Part shown: positions 42,058-42,793 of the stretch, piece after piece
Layout: every line of letters begins with the position of its first letter
How positions within the stretch are numbered: the first letter of the stretch is position 1
IMG/VR virus record: IMGVR_UViG_3300005077_000629
Location: 1-42,793 of that record
DNA length: 42,793 nt
From: a virus
Lineage: Duplodnaviria > Caudoviricetes
Strand: one strand, 5' to 3'
Notes under the pieces: generated by a model
The model's database searches: none
What the model saw: the letters and a program-made list of their open reading frames with translations, nothing else
What the model was told of the DNA's origin: nothing
Made by a program: the position numbers and the translations under genes

Positions 42058-42453
42058 ATGCTGGCTGACGAAACAGGTAAAATCACAAGCGCATCAATAT
42101 TTTCGCAGCTTCTGGAGGAAATCGCAGGTTCCTCTTTGAATAAACGTTGTGCGAACCTTGCCATTCAGTTATCCACCGCCGCACGTCACGATCCACCCTG
42201 GACAACCTCATACATCAAGTCGATACATTACGGACTGCTTGCCCCATCCGCTGCCATCCTGGACGCTGTTGCTATGATGGAAGGATACAGTGAAAAAGAC
42301 TTTTCCAAGATCACAGTAAGATCAACTGATGCTAATATGGAAGGTGTTTATATAATAGGTAAGGTGTTCACGTGCAGTTGTGGCCGTAAGTTCGTACCAA
42401 ATTCGCCAAATAGAAAACGCTGCTACATCTGCAGCAAACCACGGAGGAAATAA
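42058..42453 (+). CDS. Protein with C-terminal zinc ribbon
   Basis: CSCGRKFVPNSPNRKRCYICS; AAGGTGG RBS. Confidence 0.7.
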   Translation: MLADETGKITSASIFSQLLEEIAGSSLNKRCANLAIQLSTAARHDPPWTTSYIKSIHYGLLAPSAAILDAVAMMEGYSEKDFSKITVRSTDANMEGVYIIGKVFTCSCGRKFVPNSPNRKRCYICSKPRRK

Positions 42454-42454
42454 G

Positions 42455-42793
42455 ATGAAGGAAGATAAGGTTGTAATGAGTGATGCTGAGCAAATAAAGG
42501 TATTCGGTGCTCTTGTCCCTGTTGAGAAACAGAAGGAATATCTCGAATTCGGACGCACATTAGCAATCGGAGAAGAACCTGAGAAGTACCGGCAAATCGT
42601 GGAGGAAGATCGGACAACCCGCAGCAAGGATGCTCTCTATGTTTTGTGCCGTGAGAAGAACCGCAAACATATCCGGTACCGGATTATGGAAAAAGACGTG
42701 GCCAGAATACCGGATCACCTCGAAGTTATCCCAAGAACAAATCGTGCGTTCTATGATGCTGCCGGTACCATCGACATCCGGTACCGCAGAATA
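42455..42793 (+). CDS. 5' part of origin-spanning hypothetical protein
   Basis: GGAGG RBS, ATG 42455, open to the window end and on through the repeat to TGA at 117. Confidence 0.85.
   Translation, partial: MKEDKVVMSDAEQIKVFGALVPVEKQKEYLEFGRTLAIGEEPEKYRQIVEEDRTTRSKDALYVLCREKNRKHIRYRIMEKDVARIPDHLEVIPRTNRAFYDAAGTIDIRYRRI
42695..42793. repeat. Terminal direct repeat, right copy
   Basis: Identical to 1-99. Confidence 0.97.

Noticed and set aside
42695-42793. 99-bp terminal repeat as a biological DTR
   Set aside because: It falls in the middle of a gene and equals a common assembler k-mer length, so it indicates circular assembly, not virion ends.
1-42793. Alternative genetic code
   Set aside because: Standard code 11 gives near-complete coding density, with TAA, TAG and TGA all used as stops.

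Overview
The window is a complete, circular-mapping tailed-phage genome of 42,694 bp: bases 1-99 repeat exactly at 42695-42793 and an ORF reads through the junction. It looks podovirus-like, with no tape measure, tail tube or sheath, but with adaptor and nozzle-type tail proteins and giant putative ejection proteins. A 33.5-kb minus-strand late block runs terminase large subunit, portal, two small virion proteins, a 5,466-aa polyvalent protein (ParB-like + adenine methyltransferase + strawberry-notch SF2 helicase inside an ejection-protein frame), scaffold, major capsid, decoration, adaptor, nozzle, a Vsr/DUF559-like nuclease, tail fibres/spikes, a TIM-barrel endolysin and two holin-like membrane proteins. 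The remaining ~9 kb is a divergent early region. Leftward: a sigma70-driven operon with a RecT/Bet-like annealase, preceded by a complete type II hammerhead ribozyme with a loop I pseudoknot. Rightward: a Cro-like HTH, a structured intergenic RNA candidate, an iteron-containing replication initiator ending in a DnaA-domain-I-like module, hypothetical genes and a displaced terminase small subunit. No integrase, polymerase, primase, replicative helicase, tRNA, CRISPR array or reverse transcriptase was recognised. The host is possibly Chloroflexota (Anaerolineae), inferred only from remembered resemblance of the endolysin and initiator. All family calls come from motifs read by eye, not database searches.
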